Below are positions 7,078 through 7,150 of a stretch of DNA of 7,150 nucleotides, in pieces. The number at the start of each line of letters is the position of its first letter. Position 1 is the stretch's first letter. The notes beneath the pieces were generated by a model. That model was given only the letters and a program-made list of their open reading frames with translations. It was not told the origin of the DNA and did not search any database. The stretch lies in NCBI GenBank assembly GCA_964468425.1, contig CAYXSZ010000027.1, positions 1-7,150 on the forward strand, in the 5' to 3' direction. Source of the stretch: Candidatus Woesearchaeota archaeon (GTDB lineage: Archaea; Nanobdellota; Nanobdellia; Nanobdellales; Nanobdellaceae). The position numbers were made by a program, and so were the translations under genes.

Positions 7078-7099
7078 CTTTTCTTATACATCACAAAAT

Positions 7100-7150
7100 A
7101 TGGAAGAAAATATAAGGAAATTTATCTTCGAAGAAGTTGAAAGAGTAAAG
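7100..7150 (+). CDS. probable 5' end of a CDS running off the right edge (MEENIRKFIFEEVERVK...)
   Basis: An ATG at 7100 opens a frame that stays open for all 17 codons to the window end. There is an in-frame TAA at 7034-7036 upstream and an AT-rich TATA-like stretch at 7064-7077. The composition (E/K/I/F) matches the neighbouring proteins. The fragment is too short to identify. Confidence 0.4.
   Translation, partial: MEENIRKFIFEEVERVK

Noticed and set aside
6797-7099. tRNA, tRNA half (split tRNA) or other structured RNA gene in the long spacer
   Set aside because: There is no GC-rich stretch, no acceptor/T-arm-like complementary segments and no GTTCRANNC-type T-loop motif. Thermophile tRNA genes stand out as GC-rich islands, and none is visible here or elsewhere in the window.
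1-7150. CRISPR arrays, IS elements/transposases, integrases, long direct or inverted repeats
   Set aside because: Reading both strands, I found no periodic repeat-spacer structure, no terminal inverted repeats and no ORF with transposase/integrase-like motifs. Only short, low-complexity AT-rich similarities occur, as expected by chance.

Overview
Compact, AT-rich, protein-dense segment that looks archaeal: it has an archaeal-type AlaRS with an N-terminal Cys knuckle, GatE rather than GatB, TATA-like boxes and no Shine-Dalgarno sequences. The proteins are rich in K/E/I/Y, as in low-GC (hyper)thermophiles. Five substantial CDSs fill about 94% of the window. (1) A 5'-partial ORF has a glycoside-hydrolase family 42-like domain order, joined by an ATGA overlap to (2) an orphan 267-aa protein. 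(3) A 271-aa ORF is an unmistakable N-terminal half of GatE and stops exactly where the AspRS-like insertion domain should begin. (4) A convergent 377-aa protein with a C-terminal two-helix membrane hairpin shares stop-codon bases with the gatE fragment. (5) A contiguous 850-aa alanyl-tRNA synthetase lies on the minus strand. The only sizeable non-coding stretch is about 300 nt (6797-7099), between alaS and a gene that starts at 7100. I see no rRNA, tRNA, CRISPR array, transposase or long repeat. The most notable item is the truncated gatE, which may be a gene split in trans. Together with the extreme compaction and apparently leaderless promoters, it is reminiscent of Nanoarchaeota/DPANN-type reduced archaeal genomes. 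That taxonomic placement is inference only.
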